A stretch of DNA of 64,000 bases from the human T2T-CHM13v2.0 reference genome, Homo sapiens. Below, piece by piece: positions 39,741-53,734 of this stretch. Location of the stretch: assembly GCF_009914755.1 (NCBI RefSeq), contig NC_060932.1. One strand, written 5' to 3'. The notes below the pieces were generated by a model, which worked only from the letters and a program-made list of their open reading frames with translations, did not search any database and was not told the DNA's origin. The translations under genes were made by a program, and so were the position numbers. The number at the start of each line of letters is the position of its first letter. Within the stretch, counting starts at the first letter, position 1.

Positions 39741-41745
39741 AGTTGCTTTCACATTGGTTTACTATAGGACCAGCGAAAATGCAATTCAACTGTTATTTAA
39801 AAAATAAAAAGAGATAATAGAGTGGACCATATTCTACTACTTACTGCTTCTTCAGGTTTACTATAATTTTGATCATGGACTATCATATCTACATTCTTTT
39901 GAGTTAGGGGCAAATATTTGTTCTGAGTTAGACCAATGCAATTTTCTTCTCCTAGAATTTAAATATAAACTAACAGAAACTTATTCATTCTGGAGCTAAT
40001 ACTCTGATGTCCTGTAGAAATTACCTTTTTGTTCCTATTACATATTATATCCTATTCTGAGGACTACCTTATAGTCTTCATATTATTATAAGAACTTTGG
40101 GTATTTTTTGCTTAGATTGCTTTTGTTGATTGTAACACCAAAACAACCATAATCGCTTCAATCCTATATACCAAATTACTATTAATTTGTCTTTTCATTG
40201 TAAAGCTGGAACAGGATGATGCACTTAAATCTGAACTACCTCTGGGAAGATATACTGCCTTGGGATTTGTCAATTGTCCTTTGTTTACATTACATCCTAA
40301 TTTCTCTGAATCTGGATTGTCCCTTTGAAAATAATCTTTTGCTATTCCAAACAAATGGTATTAACTTGAATTTTAGTGCCTTTTCCCAACCTAAATAAGA
40401 TTATATCGTTTCTGGAACTCAGCTGATTTTCCATATTTGCAATTCCTGAGTTGGATCCCTTTCCATTAGAATTTTTGTGTGTAACAATAGACTGTGGTCA
40501 CTAACTTAATATTCTATTTCCAAATCCAAGTTTAAACGCTCTACCTATGAGTTTTGTATTATCATATTTTAAAAGGCAGTTCTGCTGATAAATAATTCTC
40601 AGCGAGTTATTTCTCTTTATATTAGTAGATAATTACTCCATTATTTTCACACTGCACATTTGATGTTTTTATTAGAAAACTGATTTTCACTTAATTAGCA
40701 ATAATGGTAATATGGCTTAAATATATTTCAGATTACTTTGCAACAAACTGTATTTATTTAAAATAATTTATATTTGCTTAGCCCCTAGAAAAATGCCTAG
40801 CACCAAAAAGGCAGACAGTGTATAAATTTTATTTAAAAGAGTGAATGAATTAATATAGAAACAATATGCCTTTGTATCAGCAAAAACAAATAAAAGTTAA
40901 CATTTAATTAATAAATTAAATAAATACATATAATACTAAAAGACCACAATTCAGGTAAGAAATATTTAAAATACTAGTGTAATATTAAAATATATGACTT
41001 ACACAATTTTTACAAGTAAAACAATGACATGAATTTGAAGTCAATTTTTTTAAATGTGCCTATAACTTCAAAAACATTTATCTGTATTTGAATATAATTT
41101 CAATTTAAAAGTCAAAAGCACATATTGTATTCTTATCATGCAGGTTTTATTTTTCTGTTCTTTAGTTGTCTCTATCACCAGTTTGTGGGACTTTAAAAAT
41201 AGGGATTATAACATTAATTTTGGACCCTTTAGTTTTTAGAGTGATGTAAAGTAGGAAACAGGCACTCAGTATGTATTTAGAGATTAAATCAATTAGCAAT
41301 TATAGATACTGCTTCATAATCTTTTCTTATTGCAAAGCTGCACTGGTATAATCCCATTTTTAAATATTCTATATCAATTATTAATAACAATTGTCTTGTG
41401 GTCAGAATATAGCTTATATATGCATTTCTTAAACACATTGAATTTATTGACTCTTCTTTCAGCTTTCTGCCCACTCATCACAATATCTTCTTAGTATTCA
41501 TACAGTTCATTTAGTATTTTTTTTGAAAAGAGTACACTGAATATCCTTCTTCCTTATTATTTGGTTTTACACATTTTTTGAATAGAAGGAAATGCCTGTC
41601 CCTGGATAGTTCTCCTTTTTACACTTTTCTTACCTTTCTTTCTAATTTTATTACTTGACCACAAGTTGATTTTTTATCTATATAATTTTTATGCCAATCC
41701 CAGAGATCTGTTTTCCACCCCAGGTAGTCTGTTGCTGAAGCTTTT

Positions 41746-42483
41746 TGTTTTAAAATACAGGTTTTATTGATATTCAAGTATGGCCAGGCCAACAGATCAG
41801 GAGACTACTGCCATTGAAAAGGTAGTTGGGTATATGCACAGATCCCAAAAGGGGCATGTCACCATGCCACAGGGAAGCACCATGGTTGGCCAGGAGGCAC
41901 AGGGAGCAACGGGAAAACCTGGACATTTTTTTTTTTTTAAGAGTTGAGTTTTCACTCTATCACCCAGGCTAGAGTGCAGTGACATGATTGTTGCTCATGG
42001 CAACTTCAAACTCCTAGGCTAAGGGGATCCTCCTGCTTCCACCTCCCAAAGCACTGGAATTAGAGATGTGAGTCACTGCACCTAGCATGGCAAGATTCTG
42101 TTTTGTGGTTTTCACAGAAAGGAATTGTTAGGGTAAGCACAATTAGGATTTTCTAGTTAGAATAATTTCAGTGGCTTCTGGGACATAGGTGCTGTTCCTA
42201 GTTGCCTGATACCTGGCCCTGGCATAACTAAGGCAAGGGAATAATATCCCTGAGTATGAGAGCCTGCTAAAGTAGTTGTGGGTGAGGGTCTGGCTTGGGA
42301 CCTGTCAGTATCCATATGAAAGTCACATTTGCTGGCAAGCATTTTGCCATCTGTAATAATTAGCTAACCGTGTGTGGGAGGAAATTGGGGAACGGAGGAT
42401 GGCGGGCAGTATCTCCAGGGTATGCAAGGCTGCAGACATCAGAGCATCAAAAATATAGATCATAAAAAGACATGCTTATTATA
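41746..42483 (-). mobile_element. ERVL solo LTR (MER74/MER76-like) interrupted by an Alu monomer
   Basis: ggccaacagatcaggagactactgccattgaaaag...ctagttgcctgatacctggccctgg...aattagcta...agcatcaaaaatatag. Confidence 0.75.
41927..42088 (-). mobile_element. Alu monomer (J-age; FAM/FRAM-like or arm-recombined)
   Basis: About 160 bp with poly-T; 3' part is right-arm-like, 5' part is left-arm-like (cccaaagcactggaatta). Confidence 0.8.
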
Positions 42484-42859
42484 AACTTTCATAATTATTT
42501 TTAAACTATGCATTTTTGATCCTTATTGTGATCCATTAGATTATTACATATCAAACCAAGTACTCACGAGATGTTAGGCAAACTTTCAGAAATCTTGTTG
42601 ACTTTTACTTACCAGATTACAGCAGTTTAAGGATTCAATGAACCTGTCTTTTATTAATTCCAACATGCTGCCAACCATAGGCTTCCACATCTGTTTTTAG
42701 CTCTCTAGGTGCTTTCTGGATGCTACATAGAGATAAGCATAGCACAGTTGAAAAATCATCTAATTACAAATTAGTAGTAGAAAAAGTATACGTTTTAAAC
42801 AATGGAAGTTTCTTATTTTTGGTTTGCTTTACATCTAGTAAATGTCACCTTATTTTCTT

Positions 42860-44380
42860 TATATTTTAATTAACAAAATTGTATATTTTTGTGTACAACA
42901 TGTTTTGAAATATGTATACACAGAAGAATGCTAAAACCTAATTAACATATGCATTACTTCACATATTTATTTATGGTGGGCACACTTAAAAACTCTCTTA
43001 GTGATTTTCAAGAATAGAATACATTGTTATTAACTATAGTCACCATGTACAGTACAATAGATCTCTTAACCTTACTCTTCCTGTCTAATTTAATTTTTTG
43101 TGCTTTGATCAACATCTCCCCAGCACGACTAACCACAACACCTCCCTCACCTGCTGCCACCCTAGCCCTTGGAAACCAATATTCTACACCCTGTTCCTAT
43201 GAATTTGACTCTTTTAGATTCGTATATGAGTGAAATCATGCAATATTTGTCCTTCTGTACTTGGCCTATTCACTTAACATACTGTCCTCCAGGTTCATCC
43301 ATGTTGTGGTAAATGACAACATTTTCTTTTTCTCAAGGCAGTAGTATTCCATTATATATATATATGTGTGTATGTATACACATATACATATATACATACA
43401 CACAAAATGTGGGTATACATACACACACACAACTCCCACATTTTCTTCATCCATTCATTTATTGATAAACACTTTGGTTGACTCTGGTTGACTCAATTCT
43501 TGGCTATTGTGAGTAGTGCTGCAATGCACATGGAAGTGCAGATGTTTCTTCCACATACTGCTTTCACTTCCTTTGTATATATACCTGGTAGTGGGATTAC
43601 TGAATTACATGGTAGTTTTATTTTTAATTTTTTGAGGAACTTATATATTGTCTATCAAAATGGCTTTATTAATTTACATTCCCACCAACAGCATATAAGA
43701 GTTCCCTCTATTCCACATCCTGGTCAATATGAGTATCTTTTGTCTTGATAGTGGCCATTCTTACAAGTGTGAGGTGATATCTCATTGTGATTTTAATTTG
43801 CATTTCCCTGATAATTAGTAATGTTAAATCTATCTATCCATATATATATATACCTCTTGGCCATTTGTATGACTTCTTTTGAGAAATGTCTATTCATATC
43901 CTTTGCCCATTTTTAAATTAGGTTATTTTTTTTCTTGCTATTGAGATGAGTTCCTCATATATTTTGAATATGAACTTCATATCAGACATATAATTTGCAA
44001 ATACTTTTCCCCATTCCTTAGGTCTTCTCTTCACTCTGCTGATTGCTCTCTTTGCTGTGCAGGAACTTTTTATTAACTTGGTGCACAAATAATTGTGGTT
44101 TTGCCATTAAAAGGAATGGCAAAACCCACAATTGCTATTGCACCAACCTAATAATTTGCTGTACTCCCATTTGTATATTTTTGCTTTTGTTGCCCGTGCT
44201 TTTGAGGTTATATTAAGAAAACCTTACCCAAGCCAATGTGATAAAGTGTTTTCCTCATGTTTTCTTCTAATAGTTTTACAACTTTAGGTCTTACATTTAA
44301 GTGTTTAAACCATTTCAAGTTGATTTTTGTACATGGTGTGTATTAGGGTTTAATTTCATTCTTCTGCATATGGATGTCAT
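42860..44380 (-). mobile_element. L1MA-type 3' end and ORF2 C-terminus
   Basis: aattgtatatttttgtgtacaacatg...ctatagtcaccatg...tgaggtgatatctcattgtg...; (TA/CA)n microsatellite at ~43352-43432. Confidence 0.88.
44073..44151. mobile_element. MADE1 (Hsmar1-derived mariner MITE)
   Basis: ~80-bp palindrome tta..ttggtgca..aattgtggttttgccatt / aatggcaaaacccacaatt..tgcaccaacctaa with TA duplication (44071-72 / 44152-53). Confidence 0.93.
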
Positions 44381-45146
44381 CTTACTTTAATGGCTTATTC
44401 ATATAAAGTTCTTTCTGTTTGGTTAGTTTGCTTGTCTTAAATTATATTTGAATTTTAACATCTTTTCTAACAGGCATTTAATTTTTTGCTAATTCAGCTT
44501 ATGGTTTATCATATGTTTTGCAAAAATTTCCCGTACTTTCTTTGTTGAAGATATTTTTATACCTTCAACAAAATGTATAAAATAAATAATACATTAAAAT
44601 AATGATTATAAAAGTCTTGTAGAATCTATGTTTTAGACTTCTATTTTATGATCTTGTGTTTTTAGGTTAAACTTTTGAAATGCCTTCCGTACTTTGAAAT
44701 TGTAAAATTATTTAACCAGTCTTTCTTATAATAGTTTATGTTGTCCTGTCACAATTTCAATTTCACAATTTCAATGTGTATCTTTGATACATCTTTAATT
44801 TATTTTGGTTTTATAGCATCATTTTAATCATAGACTAAAATCTAATATATATTTGGGACTCTTTACAGATTCCTCATTTTCTCTCGTGACATTTTCAGTT
44901 ACTGTTAATATATGTTTTAGAAAATGTCAGATCCTTTATTCTTCTATTATTTTTCTTTCTCCCGAATATTTCCTGTTTCTTCTTATATGACGAATTTCCA
45001 GAAAAACTCTATAATTTTATCAATTTCAAAAAAAGATTATTTTAATTGGGATTAATTTCAAAATACTGATAATTTTGAAAGAATTGACACTGTAAATATG
45101 TGGTATTTTAACTCATAAGCATTATTTGATGATTGTGTTTTAACTC

Positions 45147-45710
45147 TGGTATGGAATGGTAAGATGTCTCCTCAAGTGGTATCCATATCCTAGTATTTAC
45201 ACTTTGGTACTTCCATCTCGTTTATCATGAGTGGGATTTTTAACTTGCTTCTAACAAATTGAAAATGCTACAAATGAAAAGATGGTACTTCCGTGATTAT
45301 GTTACATAAAATTGTAGATTCTTGCTACAAGACTCTCTCCCTTGCTGGCTTGGACAGAACAAATTGTACTGTGCAATACATTATTTATAGGTCCATACGG
45401 CAAGGAACTAAGTGTAACCTCTGGCTGGCAGGCAGGAAGAAACTGAGGCCCTTAGTCTCACAGCATCAAGGAACTAAATTCTGTCAATACCAAGTGATCT
45501 TCAAAGAGGATCCTTCCTCAATCAAGCCTTGGCATGAAACTGCAACCCAGGCCAACATATGGGTTGCAGTTTTACGAAGCAGAGGGCCCAATGAAGTCAT
45601 GTTGAGACTCTTGATCCATAGAAATAATAATGTGAAATAATAAATGTGTATTGTTTTGAATTACTAAGATTGTGATAATTTGTTATGCAATATTAGTTAA
45701 CTAATATACA
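45147..45710 (+). mobile_element. MLT1E-like LTR
   Basis: acttgcttctaac...gtgattatgttacata...caggaagaaactgaggcccttagtc...taatttgttatgcaata...ctaatataca. Confidence 0.8.
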
Positions 45711-46088
45711 ACTTAAAATTGTGTGGGTTTCTTCTTAAATACACTAAATATTTCATGTTGGTTTATTTTTGTTTTACAAATAATTTATTAACCAATTTTA
45801 AATGAACTGTTTGCTTCCATTGTATTGTATAAATGATTATTTTTATACAGATTATCGATTTATTGTATGCATCAGTTGTGTTAGTATTCCTCTTTCTTGA
45901 ACGTATTATTATAATGAGTTTTCAGTTTAATCAGATTTTCATTGAAATTTTATTGCACTATTTTCAAATTATACTTTATATTCTTTTAATATTCATAATG
46001 AATATTTTTTATCTAATATTACTTAGTAATAAAATAATTTCAAATAAAAGGCATTTTCTTTTCCTTACATCAATGGGAATATATCTAG

Positions 46089-46462
<374 letters not shown>

Positions 46463-49400
46463 GATTGTGTATATTTTTATTGTAAGGTAAATATCGTCAT
46501 TTTCCTGATTAAAAAATACTTGTACCAGGATTAAATGTTTGGTTTTTTAACATGCCTATTGACATTTTATTGATAATATGAATTTTATTTCCTGATCCAT
46601 TAATATGCTAAATTTTGTTAGCCCATGTAACACTGAAGGATAACTTTATCCCAGACCAGAGAAAAACCTTATTTACATAAAATGTACATATACTTAATAT
46701 ACTAATGAATTATATAAGCCAGTATTGTAGATTTTTACATTTGTATTTTACAGTTAAATTGATTTGTAAGTTTTACCCTTCTTTTTATCTTTCTAAATTT
46801 GGTATCAATGCTGGATTGGCTAATTAAAACGGTAAATGGGAAAGTTTCTTTTTAATCTTACAAAAATATATATTATTTTCTTCATTACAATTTGAAAAAG
46901 TTATGCAACTTCCGCATAACATACTCATCAAAAACTGAGACAATAATCTGTGTAGCCCTGTTTACTGATTACTCAGCATGTTTGGCATTTAGTAAATGTC
47001 AGTTAATTTCATTAATAATGCAATTCATATAGTTTTGCCAGTTTCTTCCAAAGTATTTAACTATTTAGGTTTTCCATTATAATAGCATTTTCAAAATTGG
47101 TTGTTTATATTTTGTCTAATGTTTCAAATTATTAGCATGACTTTTCCAAAGCATTTTGTTATCTTTTTCAGTTTCCTCAGCATATGGTGTAACTTTTCTT
47201 ATTTCTCTTTTAGTGCATAAATGGCTTCTCCCTGTTTTAATTTTGTAGAATATATTCTTTTTACATAGGATTATTTCTTATGTATTTATTATTTTATTCA
47301 TTTATTGTTTACTAATTTATTTTTTATTCTTTTATATATTTTGCTTTCATATTGTATTTAAATTCTTAAAGTATTCATAGATGATTGATTTGATTTGATT
47401 CTCTCCTTTAGTTTGGAAACTATTAAATTTAATTTTTTTCTCTTGGAACAATTTTAGGAATATCCATAAGTTTAGATATGTAATGTTTTCATCAACACAA
47501 TTAAATATCTTCTAAATATTTAGAAATTTTGGTTGTAAAATTTTCATTTGGATACCAATAGTATTTTCAATTAGCTTTCTTCTAGGATATTTCTTTTCAT
47601 GTCTGCTTTGTTTCGTTTTCTCTCTTGTTATTTTTACTACTTTTACATATTTGGTTATGCAATGTAGCCTGTACTATTTGATACTTTTTGAAATTTTATT
47701 GAGATTTCTTTTGCAGAGTAATACACAATCAACATCTAAAAATGTCCCATGAGGATTTGACAGGGACTTCAGAATTTGATACAAAGATTAAAATTTGATA
47801 GGATTTGACAAGAAATATAGAACTCAATATATTTTAACCCTACATTATTAGTCAAATATTTCGTTCTTCAACATCCATTTTACTTTAAGTTTGCATTTTC
47901 TAACATGAACTGATAAAGAAAAGTTAAATTTTTCTATTTCCATTGTGTTTATGTGGAGTTTGTTTTTATAGTTCCTATATTTTAAGACAGTAATTTAATT
48001 TTTAAGGATTCATGATATTTCAATCCTAATTTTGGAATTTATTATTTATAATTTTATGTTACCCTATCTGCTTTATTTAATGCTTTTTTTTTCTTGAATG
48101 CAAACTTACCTAATGTTAGTACCTTGAGCTAGGCTTTACCTCACTAATGCTTGTCTGGCAATTTTTACTTGTTTTCCACTAACCTCCGTATATTTTCAAA
48201 TCTGAGTCAATATATAGAGTGATGGTAAGTATCTAAGTAACTATGCAGACTCAATGAGGCCAATGTGTTCTCAAGCTATCCTCTCAATGTTTCAAGAATG
48301 GCAATTCTTATGGCAATTACATTAAAGAGACGAACAATTATGGGTCTCCCTGTTGTATAATTGTATCAGGATTAGTACTTATGGGAATGCGAAGCACATT
48401 GTAGTAGTGAGATCAGCATTATTTTAAGCACTAAAATGCAACTTACCGAGGCTAAATAACCCAAATAATAGCATTCACAAAACATCCTTGGGTTTGAGGT
48501 TAGCAAATGTTGTCAGTGTCTTTGGCTACGTAATGTATTCTGTAGAATTACAAACATAAATATGTTACTAAAAATAATGTCTTATGGCATAGATGTTAAA
48601 GAAATTGATTTTAAACTCTTTACATCTTGCATCATGTTTTTCTGATGTGGTATGGTCCCACTTTTTGATGCGGTATGGTCTTAATCTAATCAAAGTGTTT
48701 GTTACCTTAAAATATAAAAAGCTACACATAGACTTTTTTTCTTTTCTTGTTTTCCCCCTTTCTCCCCTTTACTCAAACTTTGCAGAAGAAAATATTTAAT
48801 GTTGCTTAGGTCACAGATGACCCTAAACTAGAAACCATTTTTATGACTAAGAGCCTATGGTGGATTGGAGCAGTGTAATTCAAGAAGCATTATGTCATTG
48901 TCTTTTTGACCAAAATGAGCCTGGCTCCATGCTTATCTGTATATGGCTTGCCTGGGTTATGTGCAGATGAAATATTATCTCTTGTCTTTCGTGGTTCAGG
49001 TGAGGATGCTCATTTCCTCCATAGATAGTTATGTTCCACTTGGACCTGTTTCTGAGGGCTGGAGGTTGGCCAAAATGAGATTAGAAGCAGCAAATACAAA
49101 TCATATCCCTGCCTGATGTCTAGTCCATGGCCTAATGTCCCAGCTGCGGTATTTCTCAGGCTTACTGAAGCTGTGAATGATAGTTTTAGTAAACTCTCTG
49201 TTGAGATAAAACCAGACTATGAAACATAATGTAAGCAACCTTCTTTAAATTCTTCTTTTCAGCCTAACATTATTGCAAAATTTATTCACATTGATACATA
49301 TAGCTCTGGTTAATTTATTTTCACAGCCATATAGTATTTTACTGTTTGACTATTCTATAACATTTTTAGATAGTCTTTTGTTGGCTGAACTTTTGGATTA

Positions 49401-49699
49401 TTTACTTTATTGTTATAAAAATAGTGTCTCTATGAATATTTTTCACATCTCCCTACAAACAGGTAAAATAGCTTCTTTTTGTTATTTACTTTTATGGGTA
49501 TTGCTGGATTACATTATTTGTGCATAACTTAATGAATATTTCCAAATTTTCCTAAGCAATTTTTAGTGCAGGATATTGGTCCCAGGACCTCCCTTAGATA
49601 CCAAAATTTGAAAAGACTGGAGTTGTCATTCATTGACAAGAGCAATTTACCAGTGACTTACTGTACCTGAGAGCCAATTAAGAATTATCCCATGTAGAA

Positions 49700-49814
49700 C
49701 TGGACATGGTGGCAGGTGCCTACAATTTCAGCTCTTGTGAGGCTGGGATGGGATGATGACCTGAGCCTAGGGATTTGAGTTCAGCTTGCACAACATAGCA
49801 AGACCCCGTCTCTA
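49700..49814 (+). mobile_element. FLAM-type Alu monomer
   Basis: ctggacatggtggcaggtgcctacaat...gagcctagggatttgag...caacatagcaagaccccgtctct. Confidence 0.75.
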
Positions 49815-50989
49815 TTTTTTTTTTCAATCCCTTAAGAGAGGAGGAATGTTCAGATATGCTACCATTTTGTTTACAGTGAAGGCATTCTGCACACAGTATA
49901 CAAATAGGATATGTTAGCATATCAAATATCAGGCCTCTTTGAAGCTATTCAGAAAGAAAATCCAGAAAAAATTATGGATAACTTGGATAGCCAAGAGAGG
50001 ACTCTGGCTGGGAGAATAATTTTTACAGAATAAAAACTCTTGTTTTAACTTATTAAATTTATAAGAAAGATATTTTAAAATATTTTTATACATTTAAAAT
50101 AATTTCTTATTGCGGGTTATTATACAGACAAGGTATAAATGTAAACTGTATTTGCACAGATGGGAGAAGTTTTAGTTTAAAAAAGTGTGCAAGTTAGTAA
50201 CAATATTTGTAAATAAATTATTGGTCAGCATGTATTTGCATATTGGAAAAAAACTAAAAGCAACAATAAATTATAAAGACCTTTGGTGGAAGTAATGATC
50301 GTTTAAGTCAGAACAAGTAAAGTAAATTTAGAAGGAATAAGGAAGATCTGACTGTTCTATGAAAAAGATATTATGAGTAAATAAGCAGAGAAAAGAGGGC
50401 AGGAAAGAATGACATAATCACCATGCCTACACATTTTGAGATAACTTCTTTACACTCATGTAGCCTAATGAACAAATAAATAAATGAGTAAATAAGTGTG
50501 CATGCTAATGAAGGAAAAAAGGTATATACTTTAATATACTACTTAGATACATTAGACAATATCATAACACAGCTCTCCTGTTGTCCTTCTTTATACTTGA
50601 GCCTTTTGTCCCAATTATTTAATTGAACCTAAAATTTTAAGTTCTCTTAGAATAAATCTTTACTTTGACAAATAGCAAGATTAACTATTTTTACTTTCGT
50701 AAGAGCAATAGCAAAATTGTCCATTTTACTAAACATACAATATACCTCCTAGATACATTGCCAAATATTCTACTTATGTCTTTTAAAATTACTTCCACTC
50801 TTGTGTCTGACATGAGGAACTTCATGATGTTAGTTTTCAGTGGGAAAGAAAATTAGACCAAATTTTGGAGGGCCTCAAGTTTGTGTTGATATAATTTAAT
50901 TAATTCTAAAACCCTTTGCTTACATCCACAGCTCTGTGTGAAATTATATAAGAGACACAAGTAGATGTGACACACATCTCTGTCCTTAA

Positions 50990-51336
<347 letters not shown>

Positions 51337-51388
51337 GGTACATAAGTCTTAAACCTTTTTATTAAGAGACTGCCACTGGCAAAAGTGG

Positions 51389-51683
51389 TTATTTTTATTT
51401 TTATTTTTGAGACAGGGTCTCATCCTGTTGCTCCAGGCTGGAGTGCTGTGGTATGATCATTGCAATTCAACCTCCCCCAACTCAAGCAATTCTCCCACTT
51501 CCGCCTCCTGAGTAGCTGACACTGTAGGCACATGCCAACATATCTGGCTAATTTTTGTACTGTTTGTAGAGACAGGGGTTCACCATGTTGCTCAGGCTGG
51601 TCTTGAACTCCTGCATTTAAGCCATCTGCCTGCTTCAGCCTCCCAAAGTGCTGAAATTACAGGTGTGAACCGTGGCATCCAGC
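51389..51683 (-). mobile_element. AluJ
   Basis: gagacagggtctc...ctcaagcaattctcccacttcc...; aaaagtg repeated on both flanks. Confidence 0.9.
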
Positions 51684-53223
51684 AAAAGTGACTGATATTA
51701 TTTTTTAAACAAAAGAAATCACAGATATCATGCAGAAATGGAAATCTAGGTTGGGTCCCAAAACATGGATAAAGCTTTAGCTAAAAGTGATGAGGGCAGG
51801 AAGGGCCTAATAAAGAGGGGGAAAAAAACATAAACAAAGCAGAATTGAGGAAGAGAATGCAGGAGTGTTCACTGAGCATTGAGGAGTGCCACAGAGATCA
51901 CTTGGGTAAGAAAAGGCAACAAGTGTAGGGCCATATCATCAAAATTGGGGATATTAATTTGATATTTAGTTGGGCCTTGGAAATGAATTAGGGTGCAAGT
52001 CAACATTTTCACTATGAAGTCATGTGATGGGCCATTTACTTGGAAAAAGTTATCCTTTTAAATTTGTTGGAAATGGTTTTAATGTGTTAATATTATATAA
52101 TATAATGCAGCTATTAACATTTGTATTTTATTTTCTATTTTTAAAAATCTATATAAGATTAGTTAATTCAACAGTACCATCCTCCTCATTTATTCACTCA
52201 TTAGACAATTGCTGACATGCTATACACCAGACATTGCTCTAAAATGTATAAGAAAAACTCATATTTCTGAATAGATCACAATCTATTAGAAGATAAAGAT
52301 AACATTAAAAGAATTGAATTCAATATCTCCAAAATATCAAAAATTTCAGAAAATCTCCAGAAATAAAATGCAAAATCTTATGGGACTTTAAATAAATCAA
52401 AAAGTACTTCTAACACTATTTGATGATTCATTTCACAGCTATGTCCTACTTCGTAGTGAAGAACAAGTCTCACCCCTAGCCCAAGCAGCATTTGTTAAGA
52501 TAAAAAAATAATATAAGTATCTTAGTGAGTTTATAAGAGTCAATTTTTTTTGAAGTTTTATTTTCGGGAAGTACATACACAAGTTTGTTCCATGAGTATA
52601 TTGCATGATGCTGAGATCAGTGGTACAAATGATCCTGTCATTCAGGTAGTGAGCATAGTATTCAATAGGGACTTTTTCAAACATTATCCCCTCCCTCCCT
52701 CCCTTCTCTAATAGTCCCCAGTATCTGTTGTTCCCAAATTTATGTCCATGTGTACCCAATGATAAGCTCCCACTTATAACTGAGACAAGCAGTATTTAGT
52801 TTTGTTTCTGTGTTAATCCACTTAGGATAATGGCCTCCAGCTGCATCCAAGTTGCTGCAAAAGACATGATTTTGTTGCTTTTTTATGGCAGTGTCACATT
52901 CCATGGTGTATATTTATCACATTTTCTTTACCAATCCACACTGTTGATGGGATGCTAGGTTGATTCCATGTCTTTGCTATCGTGAATAGTGTTATGATGA
53001 ACATATAGGTGCATGTGTCTTTTTGATAGAACAATTTATTTTCCTTTGGGTATATACCCAGTAATGGGTTTGCTGGGTTGAATAGTAGTTCTACTTTTAG
53101 TTTTTTGAGAAATCTCCAAACTGCTGTCCACAGTGGCTGAACTAATTTACATTCCCACCAACGGTATATTAGCATTCCCTTTTCTCCACCATGTCACCAG
53201 CATCTGCTGTTTACTGACTTTTT

Positions 53224-53734
53224 TTTATTATTATTATACTTTAAGTTCTAGGGTACATGTGCACAATGTTCAGGTTTGTTACATATGTATACATGTGCCA
53301 TGTTGATGTGCTGCACCCATTAACTCATCATTTACATTAGGTATATCTCCTAATGCTATCCCTCCCCGCTCGCCCCACCCCACAACAAGCACTGGTGTGT
53401 GATGTTTCCCACCTTGTGTCCAAGTGTTCTCATTGTTCAATTCCCACCTATGAGTGAGAACATGCAGTGTTTGGTTATCTGTCCTTGCGATAGTTTGCTG
53501 AGAATGATGGTTTCCAGCTTCATCCATGTCCTTACAAAGGACATGAACTCATCCTTTTTATGGTTGCATAGTATTCCCTGGTATATATGTGCCACATTTT
53601 CTTAATCCAGTCTATCGGTGATGGACATTTGGGTTGGTTCCAAGTCTTTGCTATTGTGAATAGTGCCACAATAAACATACTTGTGCATGTGTCTTTATAG
53701 CAGCATGTTTTATAATCTTTTGGGTATATACCCA
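53224..53734 (-). mobile_element. Nested L1PA5-like 3' fragment
   Basis: TSD tttactgacttttt (53210-53223 / 53735-53748); 3'UTR catcatttacattaggtatatctcc. Confidence 0.92.

Noticed and set aside
40950-40962. Strong splice donor CAG|gtaaga
   Set aside because: No convincing upstream acceptor or open frame; an isolated motif.
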